Below, piece by piece: positions 47,182-56,511 of a DNA stretch of 64,000 nt; position 1 is the first letter of the stretch; each line of letters starts with the position of its first letter. Origin of the DNA: Alistipes sp. (GTDB taxonomy: Bacteria > Bacteroidota > Bacteroidia > Bacteroidales > Rikenellaceae); the NCBI GenBank assembly GCA_021201825.1, contig JAJQED010000001.1:27785-91784 (forward strand). Direction: 5' to 3'. The notes under the pieces were generated by a model that did not search any database, had not been told where the DNA came from, and was given only the letters and a program-made list of their open reading frames with translations. The position numbers and the translations under genes were made by a program.

Positions 47182-47870
47182 AATAATTACGGAGTGCAAA
47201 GATATATATTTTTTGATATTTCCAAGGCTTCCAGTGTGTAACCGGCCGTAAAATTTTTTTATAAGCCGGAAAACCCGGCCCTGTGAAAAATTATTTCGGC
47301 ACCGTTATACTCTTCGCTGCCCCACTGGAGCCCTTATTAACACAGCAACCGATAGTAAACATTCCCCGTTTTGCCGACGGTGATGCGGGTTGGTCCGTCA
47401 CGGGTAAAGGGGTATCCCCGATAGAAATGCCGTTGTCCGCCGGGGCCGTATATACCGGGACAGTACATTCCTTGAAAAAGGCATGTACACCGTAAAATGT
47501 ATCGTCAAGGGTAGAGGCTATTCCTTTATCGGGAGGTATACCGGCGGTATGGAAATAAAAGTGAAATTACGGTCCCGGGGGATAAAAGACCCGGATGCTA
47601 TGTTCGACAACCCGGACAACCCCCTGTACCGTGAATGGATCGGCGGAAAAGAGATCGGGGTGGTTTGTATCGTTATCGAAAAAAAGGAAGAACAGCCTCG
47701 CGCCGGCAAAACCCGGGGGCGGCAAACCTTTGGAATTTAAGGGATATTGATTACTTTTGCAACCGCAAGCGCTTATGGGGTCCTTTCCCGCAGGATAGTG
47801 ACTGAGTGGCGCCCGAGGGTAATAACGCATGGCAGGCCTTTGTCGGGCCCGGCCGCAGAAAAGATTAAAG

Positions 47871-48458
47871 ATGAAAAATTTCGAGATCGATGCCGTAAAA
47901 CGCGAGGCGTACGGCAAGAAAGAGAGCAAGAAGCTCCACCGCGAAGGGATGATCCCCTGCGCGCTTTACGGTAACGGCGAGACGGTCCATTTCGCCATCA
48001 GCGCACGGGACGCCAAACCGCTTATTTACACCCCCAATTCGTACATTATCAACGTCAACCTCGACGGCAAAAAAGAGATCGCCGTGATGAGGGAGGTTCA
48101 GTACCATCCGGTAAAGGAGCAGGTGCTGCATATAGATTTCTACCGCGCCGTTCCGGGTAAAGAGGTGGCTATCGATATACCGGTGCGCCTGACGGGCAAC
48201 TCCATCGGGGTTAAGCTCGGGGGTAAACTGTCGCTGGCCAAACGCAAGATACACGTTAAAGGTATCCTGGAGAACCTGCCGGACGAGTTGGTAGTGGACG
48301 TTACGGACCTCGAGCTGGGCAAGTCCATCTTCGTGGGCGACCTGCAGTTCGATGGGCTGACCCTGCTCACTCCCGCCGTTACGGCCGTTGCCGCAGTTAA
48401 GATGACGCGTGCCGCCCGTGGTGCGGCTGCTGCCGCCGCCGCCGCTGCGGAGAAATAG
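47871..48458 (+). CDS. rplY: 50S ribosomal protein L25 / general stress protein Ctc
   Basis: The ATG at 47871 gives MKNFEIDAVKREAYGKKESKKLHREGMIPCALYG.... It has an Ala-rich C-terminal tail. Confidence 0.85.
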   Translation: MKNFEIDAVKREAYGKKESKKLHREGMIPCALYGNGETVHFAISARDAKPLIYTPNSYIINVNLDGKKEIAVMREVQYHPVKEQVLHIDFYRAVPGKEVAIDIPVRLTGNSIGVKLGGKLSLAKRKIHVKGILENLPDELVVDVTDLELGKSIFVGDLQFDGLTLLTPAVTAVAAVKMTRAARGAAAAAAAAAEK

Positions 48459-48544
48459 TCGGGACGGTTCCGGTCTTCCCGCAGCATGGAAATTGCTTTG
48501 GGTAGTCACACCGGGTCCCGTATCCGGGTTAAACACAGAGAGAC

Positions 48545-49168
48545 ATGGCAGGATTTTTCAAAAGATTGTTTTGCCGTGCGCAGCCACAAACCAGCGACAG
48601 CGAAGTGAAATACCTTATCGCCGGCCTCGGCAACGTGGGCGACCAGTACGCCGGGACGAGGCATAACATAGGTTTTGACGTATTGGACGCCCTTGCAGGG
48701 GCGTCCAATGCTGTTTTCACCCCGTCACGGTACGGCTCGATCGCACGGGTCAGGTTCAAGGGGCGGCAGCTGATCCTGCTCAAGCCCTCCACGTACATGA
48801 ACCTGAGTGGCAATGCCGTGCGCTACTGGCTCAAGCAGGAAAAGATTGACCTGGGGAACCTGTTGGTTATCGTGGACGATCTGGCCTTGCCGCTGGGAAC
48901 CATCCGGATCCGGGCCAAAGGGAGCGACGGCGGCCATAACGGCCTCAAGAGCATAAACCAGGTCCTCGGCACGAACGACTATGCCCGCCTGCGTTTCGGT
49001 ATCGGCAGGGACTTTCCCAAGGGCTTCCAGGTGGATTACGTGCTGGGCGAGTGGACCGACGAAGAGGCCCGGGCCCTACCTCCCCGCCTCGAAGCGGCCG
49101 GGGAAGCGGTGAAGTCGTTCGCCACGGCGGGTCTGGAGCGGACGATGAACGTCTATAACAAAAAATAA
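48545..49168 (+). CDS. pth: peptidyl-tRNA hydrolase
   Basis: Motifs [21 protein letters not shown] and [12 protein letters not shown]. Confidence 0.9.
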   Translation: MAGFFKRLFCRAQPQTSDSEVKYLIAGLGNVGDQYAGTRHNIGFDVLDALAGASNAVFTPSRYGSIARVRFKGRQLILLKPSTYMNLSGNAVRYWLKQEKIDLGNLLVIVDDLALPLGTIRIRAKGSDGGHNGLKSINQVLGTNDYARLRFGIGRDFPKGFQVDYVLGEWTDEEARALPPRLEAAGEAVKSFATAGLERTMNVYNKK

Positions 49169-49294
49169 CCGTTAGACCGACCGGGGGAGACCCCAAAGGT
49201 TAACGGGAGGTTCAAACGAAAAGCCGGGACAAATCGCCCCGGCTTCTTTCTTCGATAATACCCCACGGCATCTGCGGTGACCGCCATCTCCCTG

Positions 49295-49969
49295 TTATTT
49301 GCGGGTGCGGTGCTGCTTGGCCGACTTGTTCTGCAGGTTTTTGGCGTTCTTGGAATTCTTCTGCTGGCGGCCGTTCTGGTAGGCGTTTTTCTTCGGATGT
49401 GCCGTAAAGGGTTGTTTATAGTCGCTTTTGAGGTTATTCAATGCAATTTCATCCACCTTAATGGCGTTATCGGACAGCGTTTTTATGTCCTTTATTATAA
49501 CCTCGTTGTTGGGGTGTTCCTGGTTGTATTCGTAGCTCTTGGTGCGCATGTAGCGGGCCATATTGGCTATGGCATCCTCCACTGCGGGGCCGTCCGGCTC
49601 GCCGGCCAGCGACTCGATGATGCGCTGAACGTTCTTGCCGTAATGCTTCATTTTGATCCGCTTGTCCGGGTACGGCAACTTGTCGGGCTTGGGAGCCAGC
49701 GCCTCGGCCGACGGGATCGGGTAAGGCGAATCCACGTCAAGGTCGAACCCCGCCATGATGAAAAGATGGTCCCAGAGCTTGTGTGTGAAGTCCGCGGTAT
49801 CCCTCAGCAGGGGGTTCAGGTTCCCCATCACAGCGATCACGGCATAGGCCTGCGTATTACGGAAGTCACGGTCCTCGATGGTCTTAATGTAGTCCACCAT
49901 CTCGTGGATATGCCTACCGTATTCTGGAAGCCTCAGCTTCTTGCGTTGGTAATTGTAATTCTTGTCCAT
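49295..49969 (-). CDS. DUF4290-like protein
   Basis: 224 aa. LPEYGRHIHEMVDY...AYAVIAVMGNLNP is the pattern I associate with the Bacteroidota DUF4290 family. It has a basic C-terminal tail. Confidence 0.7.
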   Translation of the reverse strand: MDKNYNYQRKKLRLPEYGRHIHEMVDYIKTIEDRDFRNTQAYAVIAVMGNLNPLLRDTADFTHKLWDHLFIMAGFDLDVDSPYPIPSAEALAPKPDKLPYPDKRIKMKHYGKNVQRIIESLAGEPDGPAVEDAIANMARYMRTKSYEYNQEHPNNEVIIKDIKTLSDNAIKVDEIALNNLKSDYKQPFTAHPKKNAYQNGRQQKNSKNAKNLQNKSAKQHRTRK

Positions 49970-50281
49970 TACGGAATTTATCTGTTTTCAATCGTTCCAA
50001 TGAATCTTTCCGGAGAAAAACCGCCCGTGGTGAAACTGTACTTTAAGTCACAAAGCCGCTTCAAAAAGGCAACCGGGATAGTATTAATTCGACTGGGAAA
50101 AACCGGCCTGGAGGGCCATACCGGCAAGTGGTTCGATACTTGCGGAACCGCAGTATTTACTAACTTTGTCACAAAGTTATACCTTAATTTTTATAAATGC
50201 AAATCGACCGGTAACAAAGCCGTCCATACCACCCCTTATACCCCTGTACGGCCGGGCCTGGTTTGCAACAGTCTGGATATT

Positions 50282-51466
50282 ATGGCAAAAATCCTCATTA
50301 TCGACAGGCAGCGTGGCGTCAGGAATGTATTGAAAGAGAAACTGGAATTCGAGGGATACGGCGTCGATGCGGTGGAAAATTTGCAGCAAGCCCTGTCAGG
50401 TGCGGAAACAACGCATTATGATATAATCATCGTCGAAGACCAGGAATTCCTCTCCCCCTGCCCCGGTGAGTCGGCCCTGCCGGACACTGCGGCCGTAATC
50501 GTCACCTCGGCCAAACCCACCGTCGAACTGGCCGTTGAAACCATGCGCCGCGGAGCTTTCGACTTCGTCACCAAGCCCATCGACATGAACGCCCTGCTGA
50601 CGGCTGTCCGTAAAGCGGACACCTCCCTGCAGGAAGCCGGCCTGCAAGCTCAAATACAAAAACCAATCCAGCGCTGCCGCACCCGCAAAGCCGGACCCTC
50701 CAAAGTCGAGAACATCATCGGCAACTCGCGCCAGATAAAACACGTCAAATCGCTCATCGACAAAGTAGCCCCCTCCAACGCCCGGGTCCTGATAACCGGC
50801 CCCAACGGCACCGGCAAGGAACTGGTGGCCCACTGGCTCCATGAAAAGAGCGACCGCCGTGACGCCCCGTTCGTGGAAGTCAACTGCGCCGCCATACCCT
50901 CGGAACTGATAGAGAGCGAACTGTTCGGCCACGAAAAAGGAGCGTTCACCTCCGCCATAAAACAACGCCGCGGCAAATTCGAACAAGCCAACGGCGGCAC
51001 CCTCTTCCTGGACGAGATCGGAGACATGAGCCTCTCGGCCCAGGCCAAAGTGCTCCGAGCCTTACAAGAGAACAAAATCTGCCGCGTCGGAAGCGACAAA
51101 GACGTCGAAGTGGACGTGCGTGTCCTTGCGGCAACGAACAAGAACCTACGTGACGAAATCCGCCGGGGCAACTTCCGTGAAGACCTCTTCCACCACCTGA
51201 GTGTCATCGTGATAAACGTCCCCCCGCTCGTGGACCGCATCGAAGACCTCCCCCTGCTGGTCGAATACTTCGTCGACAAAATATCCGGAGAAAAAGGCAT
51301 CGACCCCAAACCCGTCGAAGACGAAGCAATAAAAGAACTCAAAAGCATGGAATGGACCGGCAATATCCGCGAACTGCGAAACGTCGTCGAACGCCTCATA
51401 ATCCTCAGCGAAGAACAAATAACCTGCGACGACGTCAAAACATACGCCACAACCCCCGCCTGGTAA
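50282..51466 (+). CDS. sigma-54-dependent response regulator (REC plus AAA+), no recognisable C-terminal HTH
   Basis: The ATG at 50282 gives MAKILIIDRQRGVRNVL.... It has Walker A GPNGTGKE, GAFTSA, Walker B LFLDEIGDM and RELRNVVERL about 25 aa from the stop. Confidence 0.85.
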   Translation: MAKILIIDRQRGVRNVLKEKLEFEGYGVDAVENLQQALSGAETTHYDIIIVEDQEFLSPCPGESALPDTAAVIVTSAKPTVELAVETMRRGAFDFVTKPIDMNALLTAVRKADTSLQEAGLQAQIQKPIQRCRTRKAGPSKVENIIGNSRQIKHVKSLIDKVAPSNARVLITGPNGTGKELVAHWLHEKSDRRDAPFVEVNCAAIPSELIESELFGHEKGAFTSAIKQRRGKFEQANGGTLFLDEIGDMSLSAQAKVLRALQENKICRVGSDKDVEVDVRVLAATNKNLRDEIRRGNFREDLFHHLSVIVINVPPLVDRIEDLPLLVEYFVDKISGEKGIDPKPVEDEAIKELKSMEWTGNIRELRNVVERLIILSEEQITCDDVKTYATTPAW

Positions 51467-51552
51467 CCATAACCACCCCGCAAAACTAATATCCACCCTG
51501 TATATCTTATTTTCTTCGTTTTTTCTTGTAAGAAAGAACCAAAGAACTTTTG

Positions 51553-51778
51553 GAGATACTGCGTATCTCATGATTTTCTCAGTTAATAAAGGAGGGGCAC
51601 GGACAAGCCGTGGCTTTGTGCCCCTCCTTTATTAACTGACAGTAGCAGGAAACGAACCGACGCTCGCAGTAAGTGCAGAGACAAGCAAGCTTGTCTCTGC
51701 CTTACAAGGAGGAGGAAACCCCGCAGGGGTAACACTGTTTCCAAAAGAGTTTTCTGGTTCTCTTTTGCAAAAGAGAAC
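51553..51778. repeat. cluster of five strong hairpins between convergent genes
   Basis: The stems are 51553-59/51563-69; a 21-bp perfect stem 51580-51600/51618-51638; 51675-86/51689-700; 51714-19/51737-42; and a 22-nt palindrome at 51757-51778. Confidence 0.7.
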
Positions 51779-51806
51779 AAAAATATAGGTATTACGGGGG
51801 TGATTA

Positions 51807-52937
51807 TTAGTCTTCGAAGTCGGGGCGGTTTGTGATATATGTGTCCCATTTTTCGAGGACTTGTTTCAGGTCTTGGGGGAGTGGGGCTTTGAAGTGGAGG
51901 TGTTTACCGGTGGCGGGGTGTGTGAATCCGAGGCTTTTGGCGTGGAGCGCTTGTCGGGGGAGGAGGGTGAAGCAGTTGGTTATGAACTGCTTGTATTTGG
52001 TAAATGTGGTGCCTTTCAGGATGCGGTCCCCGCCGTAGCGGGCGTCGTTGAACAGGGGGTGTCCGAGCCATTCCATGTGGACGCGGATCTGGTGGGTGCG
52101 GCCGGTTTCAAGGCGGCATTCGGCGAGGGTCACGTAGCCGTAACGCTTAAGTACTTTATAGTGGGTGACGGCGTGCTTGCCTGCGTCGCCGTCCGGGTAG
52201 ACATACATTTTCAGGCGGTCGCGGACACTGCGGCCTATATGGCCCGTTATGGTTCCCTCGTCCTCGGGGAGGTTGCCCCAGACCAGGGCGAGGTAACGCC
52301 GCTGGATGGTGTGGTCGAAGAATTGGCGGGCGAGTTTGGCGTGGGTCCGCTCGTCTTTGGCTATCACCAGCAGGCCGGAGGTATCCTTGTCGATGCGGTG
52401 GACAAGGCCCGCCCGCATATCCCCCTCGCTGAACAGCTCGAGCCCTTGCAGGTAATAGGTCAGGGCGTTTACCAGCGTGCCGCTGTAATTGCCGTGTCCC
52501 GGGTGGACCACCATTCCTGCCGGTTTGTCGATGACCATCAAGTGGTCGTCTTCGTAGACAATATTCAGCGGGATATCCTCCGGGATTATCTCCAGGCGGC
52601 GGCGCGGGTAGGGCAGTACGATCGAGATCACGTCGCCCGGTTTTACCTTGTAGCTGGCTTTGACCGCTTTGCCGTTTACTATGATGTTGCCGCTGTCGGC
52701 GGCGGTTTGGATGCGGTTGCGGGAGGTGCTCTCCAGGCGGTTGGTCAGGAACTTGTCTATGCGGAGCATCGCCTGTCCACGGTCCACGGTGAGGTTGAAA
52801 TGCTCGTATAGTTCGTCCTGCTGGTCCTCCTCGTCGGCTTCCGGGGCCGCTACGCCGGTAACGGCCAACGGCTGTGCTGTGACGGGATCGTCCTGTACCG
52901 CTGTCGCGGCTGGGCGGCGGGTATCTTCCGTTGCCAT
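51807..52937 (-). CDS. rluD: RluA/RluD-family pseudouridine synthase with an S4 domain
   Basis: S4-like LRIDKFLTNRL...IIVNGKAVKASYKVKPGD; catalytic HRIDKDTSGLLV; also RTHQIRVH. A start at 52937 (MATEDT) avoids overlap with the upstream gene. Confidence 0.85.
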   Translation of the reverse strand: MATEDTRRPAATAVQDDPVTAQPLAVTGVAAPEADEEDQQDELYEHFNLTVDRGQAMLRIDKFLTNRLESTSRNRIQTAADSGNIIVNGKAVKASYKVKPGDVISIVLPYPRRRLEIIPEDIPLNIVYEDDHLMVIDKPAGMVVHPGHGNYSGTLVNALTYYLQGLELFSEGDMRAGLVHRIDKDTSGLLVIAKDERTHAKLARQFFDHTIQRRYLALVWGNLPEDEGTITGHIGRSVRDRLKMYVYPDGDAGKHAVTHYKVLKRYGYVTLAECRLETGRTHQIRVHMEWLGHPLFNDARYGGDRILKGTTFTKYKQFITNCFTLLPRQALHAKSLGFTHPATGKHLHFKAPLPQDLKQVLEKWDTYITNRPDFED

Positions 52938-52941
52938 CGGG

Positions 52942-53805
52942 TTATTGCTCGCTTGCGGATTGTTCGGTCGCGGCACGGCGGCGGGCGGCGGTGTCCGATG
53001 ATTTGGCCGCATCTTCGACTTTGGCCGGATCGAGGGTGAGCTTCAGCGACACTTCCGATCCGTGGTGCGCCCGGATGCCCTGCCCGAGGCCCTGTACGTA
53101 GACTTTGGCCTGGTTGCGGTTAAGCATCGTGATCCCGGGGTCGTACTCGATCTGCCCAATGTTAAGCCCCGCTTCCCACAGCCTGCTCTTGGCTTCGTTC
53201 AGGGGGAAACCGATAACTTTGGGTACTACCGGAAGCGGAGCATCGGAATTGTTGCCCACCACCAGTGTGATGCCCGAACCCTGCTCGGCGCGCAGGTGAC
53301 TGTCCGGACGGACCACCTTGCCGTTGAACCGCTGTTCAAGGACGTTGTTCGCCGCAAGGTCGGCACGGAACACCAGGCGCTCGATCTCCAGTCCGGCGAC
53401 CTCCAGGTTGTTCTTGGCCTGGCGCAGGGAGTATCCGGTGACGTAGGGAACCTCCACCATCCGCTGCTTGTGCGAATTGATGGTAACCACTACCCGGCGC
53501 CCTTTCTTGACCCTCGTGCCGGGTTTGGGCAGCTGGTCCAGTATCACCCCGCCGGCGTAGGCGGGAACATACAGCGAATCGTTCACCTCTATTACCAGCC
53601 GCGCCTTGCGCGAAGCGGCAATGGCCTCCTCGACCTGCATCCCCGACAGGTCGGGCACCGCTTCGCTGGTATTGTGGCGCGTGGCCAGGTTCAGCACGAT
53701 CGAACACACGAAGAAGAAGACCAACAACGCGCACACTACCAATACCAGATGCCTCAACAGCCGGCGCTCGGCGATATAGGCATATATCTTCCTTAGAAAA
53801 TCCAT
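52942..53805 (-). CDS. PASTA-domain membrane protein
   Basis: N-terminal TM followed by three VP(D/Y/K)(L/V)xG...A...L...GL PASTA-like repeats. Confidence 0.7.
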   Translation of the reverse strand: MDFLRKIYAYIAERRLLRHLVLVVCALLVFFFVCSIVLNLATRHNTSEAVPDLSGMQVEEAIAASRKARLVIEVNDSLYVPAYAGGVILDQLPKPGTRVKKGRRVVVTINSHKQRMVEVPYVTGYSLRQAKNNLEVAGLEIERLVFRADLAANNVLEQRFNGKVVRPDSHLRAEQGSGITLVVGNNSDAPLPVVPKVIGFPLNEAKSRLWEAGLNIGQIEYDPGITMLNRNQAKVYVQGLGQGIRAHHGSEVSLKLTLDPAKVEDAAKSSDTAARRRAATEQSASEQ

Positions 53806-53839
53806 TAGCTAAAATATTTAAGTCCGGGCGGACACGGGG

Positions 53840-54937
53840 CTAACCCGCGACCTGGTTGTAAAAAGTGTCCCGTTCCACGGCCCTGTATCCGGCCGCTGTA
53901 ACGAGTTTTTCTATGTCGGCGACGGTCATGGCCGGGTTCTGTTCCTCGGCGCCTGCCATCGAATATATCTTTGTGGTGTCCTCGATCGTGCCGTCTATGT
54001 CGTCGGCCCCGAACGAGAGGGCCATCTCCGTGGTCACCTTGCCGTACATCGGCCAGTAGGCCTTGATGTGCGGAAAGTTGTCCAGGTAGATGCGGGACAT
54101 GGCCAGCGTTCGCAGGTCCTCGGTGACCGGCACCTCGCCGCATCCCTCCATCGGGTTGCCGGCGCTGCGGAACTTCAGCGGGATGAACGCGTTGAAACCC
54201 CCGGTGCGGTCCTGCACCTGGCGCAGACGCTCGAGGTGGTCGATGCGGTGTTCCACCTGTTCCACATGGCCGTACAGCATCGTAGCGTTCGTACTTATCC
54301 CCAGCCCGTGGGCGGCCTCGTGCATATCGAGCCATTGGCGCGTCGTGCCTTTTTCGGGGCATATCCGCCGGCGAACCTGCTCGTCGAATATCTCCGCCCC
54401 GCCCCCGGGGATCGCCTTCATCCCGGCCTCTTTCAATATCCGGAGGCCCTCGGAATAGCCCAGCCCGGCCTTTTCTATCATATAGGCCAGTTCGATGGCC
54501 GTGAACGCCTTGACGGTTACGTGCGGCAGTATCCCCTTTACCCGGCGGATCATTTCGCCGTAGAACTCCAGGTCATGGCCGGGATGCACCCCGCCCACGA
54601 TATGGACCTCCGTAACCGCGCTGTCGCGGTACCGGCGCGCCGTTTCTTCTATCTGCCCGAGGCTCAAGTTCCACGCCCCCGGCTCCCCCTCCTCGCGGCG
54701 GTAAGAGCAGAATCTGCACCGGAACAGGCACACGTTGGTCGGCTCGATATGGAAGTTGCGGTTATAGTAAACCGCATCCCCGCTCCTTGCCCGTTTCAGC
54801 CCGTCGGCCACCGTCCCCAGCAAAGCAAGCGGAGCTTCCCTCCACAGCGTCAAGGCCTCCTGCGGCGTTATCCGGCCGCCGCCGGCGGCCCTGGCCGCGA
54901 TCCGGCCCGCCTGTGTCGAACTTAGCTGCGATAGCAT
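53840..54937 (-). CDS. radical SAM menaquinone (futalosine-pathway) enzyme, MqnE/MqnC type
   Basis: 365 aa with NFHIEPTNVCLFRCRFCSY (CX3CX2C) and a CofH/ThiH-like layout. I cannot separate MqnE from MqnC by eye. Confidence 0.75.
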   Translation of the reverse strand: MLSQLSSTQAGRIAARAAGGGRITPQEALTLWREAPLALLGTVADGLKRARSGDAVYYNRNFHIEPTNVCLFRCRFCSYRREEGEPGAWNLSLGQIEETARRYRDSAVTEVHIVGGVHPGHDLEFYGEMIRRVKGILPHVTVKAFTAIELAYMIEKAGLGYSEGLRILKEAGMKAIPGGGAEIFDEQVRRRICPEKGTTRQWLDMHEAAHGLGISTNATMLYGHVEQVEHRIDHLERLRQVQDRTGGFNAFIPLKFRSAGNPMEGCGEVPVTEDLRTLAMSRIYLDNFPHIKAYWPMYGKVTTEMALSFGADDIDGTIEDTTKIYSMAGAEEQNPAMTVADIEKLVTAAGYRAVERDTFYNQVAG

Positions 54938-55035
54938 AAGGCAAAGATATAAAATCTACACGGTTGAACGGCACCAAACAAAAAAGGATACCTCGTACGG
55001 TATCCTTATAAACGTCGGGAAGCGATGAAATAGTA

Positions 55036-55191
55036 TTACTTGGCCAGGGTCTCGTCAGAAACCGAGAGTTTCTTGCGGCCTTTGGCGCGGCGTGCGGCGA
55101 GCACCTTGCGGCCGTTGGCCGTAGACATCCTGTGGCGGAAGCCGTGTTTGTTGATCCTCTTTCTGCGGGAGGGCTGGAAAGTCCTTTTCAT
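55036..55191 (-). CDS. rpmH: 50S ribosomal protein L34
   Basis: Too short for the ORF track. My translation reads [51 protein letters not shown]. Confidence 0.9.
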   Translation of the reverse strand: MKRTFQPSRRKRINKHGFRHRMSTANGRKVLAARRAKGRKKLSVSDETLAK

Positions 55192-55593
55192 CGTTATATC
55201 GTTTTTATCGTTTCTTCTTTAGCGGAGTGCAAAGGTATAATAAATTTATTTTTTCCAAAAATATTCCGCCTTTAATTTAACTCGCGGCCCGATAGCCGTT
55301 TATCGCCTCATGCTCCCGGGGCGAAAAGGAGTTCCCGGTATTCTGCCGGACTGCGCCCGAACTGACCGTTGCCGGTGACGGCGGTTCCGGTTAGAGGAGG
55401 TGTGGCGGAATTTCCTGCCTCGGGCCGGGACTACCGGCGGGATTTCCGCCCTGCCGGGTAAGGGGTTGCACCGGTGGGAATTGGTCTGTCCGGCAGGATG
55501 TACAACCGGAAATTCCTGAAGCCGGCCGGACATTTGCCCGGTTGCTATGGTAGGACGGTAGGGGGATTGTAGGCCTGTTGCCGGACCTTTTCC

Positions 55594-56496
55594 CTAACTG
55601 GTCTTGGAACTGCGCGCCGTGGCGGGCTTGTCGCTGCCTGCCGCGATCGACTTGGTCGACCCGTTGGATTTGGCCTTCTTAGGCTTCGACTCCTGCGCCT
55701 TCAGGAACTCCTCGGACTTATTGGTCGCCACGATCTCCACGGGCGGTACCTGCTCCCCGGCCTCCACTTTCTTGATATACAGGTCTATGGCTTTGGCCAT
55801 CGAGGGAGCCTCCGGAGTGGGGGCCATCACGTTGACCGACAGCCCGGCATTGGCGGCCGCCTGTGCCGTGCCGTTGCCGAACGTGGCGATACGCGGCAGG
55901 TCCCGGGTCCCGAACTGGCTCACGAGGGACGAGATCTCCGACGGGCTGAAAAAGGCCAGCAGGTCGTAATCCCGCAGGTCCAGGTCCGCAAGGTCGGAAC
56001 TGACCGTACGGGAAAGTATCAGTGTATCGAAGTTGAGGTTCAGCTTCTCCATGGTCTGCGGTAGCTCGGGCTTGTGCGGCTCGGAAAGCACCAGCAGCAA
56101 CCTCTCGGACTTGTGCTTGAGGATCAGCTCCATAAAGTTGTTGAACGTGCCGTCTGCGAACGATATCTTGCGCTTGCGGTACACTATGTACTTCTGCAGG
56201 TAGAGGGCCACTGCCTCGGTCTGGCAGAGGTATTTCATGGTCTCGGGCACGGTGATGCGCGCCTCCTCGCAGATGCGGAAAAAATGGTCGACTGTGGTCC
56301 TGCTGGTAAATATGATAGCGGAGTGGTCCAGTATCTCGATCCTCTGGCTGCGGTACTCTTTCAGGCTCACTCCCTCGACCCTGATGAACGGCCGGTAATC
56401 GACACTGGCCCCGTATTTTGTGTGGATTTCGTAATAAGGGGATTTCTCGGCGATTGCAGGGGCAGGCTGCGACACCAAAACTTTTTTAATCTCCAA
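55594..56496 (-). CDS. hemD: uroporphyrinogen-III synthase-like protein (HemD family)
   Basis: 300 aa. VLVSQPAP...YRPFIRVEGV...DHSAIIFTSRTTVDHFF is the Bacteroidota HemD-like pattern. It has a Lys/Ser-rich tail. Confidence 0.6.
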   Translation of the reverse strand: MEIKKVLVSQPAPAIAEKSPYYEIHTKYGASVDYRPFIRVEGVSLKEYRSQRIEILDHSAIIFTSRTTVDHFFRICEEARITVPETMKYLCQTEAVALYLQKYIVYRKRKISFADGTFNNFMELILKHKSERLLLVLSEPHKPELPQTMEKLNLNFDTLILSRTVSSDLADLDLRDYDLLAFFSPSEISSLVSQFGTRDLPRIATFGNGTAQAAANAGLSVNVMAPTPEAPSMAKAIDLYIKKVEAGEQVPPVEIVATNKSEEFLKAQESKPKKAKSNGSTKSIAAGSDKPATARSSKTS

Positions 56497-56511
56497 CTTT
56501 TTTGACTTTAG

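Noticed and set aside
49277-50281. N-terminal 335 codons of the 729-aa plus-strand ORF
   Set aside because: This part is antisense to the DUF4290-like gene and then crosses an intergenic region. The recognisable response regulator begins at the ATG at 50282 (MAKILIIDR...).
51861-54925. Plus-strand ORFs of 316 aa (51861..52811), 244 aa (53062..53796) and 285 aa (54068..54925)
   Set aside because: Each is antisense to a motif-supported minus-strand gene (rluD, the PASTA protein, the Mqn radical SAM gene). All have a repetitive Val/Gly/His/Arg-rich composition.
55300-55533. 77-aa minus-strand ORF between the hemD-like gene and rpmH
   Set aside because: It is Arg/Pro/Gly-rich with no start context or motifs. 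The region is better described as a GC-rich noncoding spacer.
55150-55593. RNase P RNA or another housekeeping RNA next to rpmH
   Set aside because: I searched by eye for the universal GGAAAGTCC-type P4 element. The only match (about 55168) lies inside the rpmH coding sequence. I recognised no SRP- or tmRNA-like conserved words.
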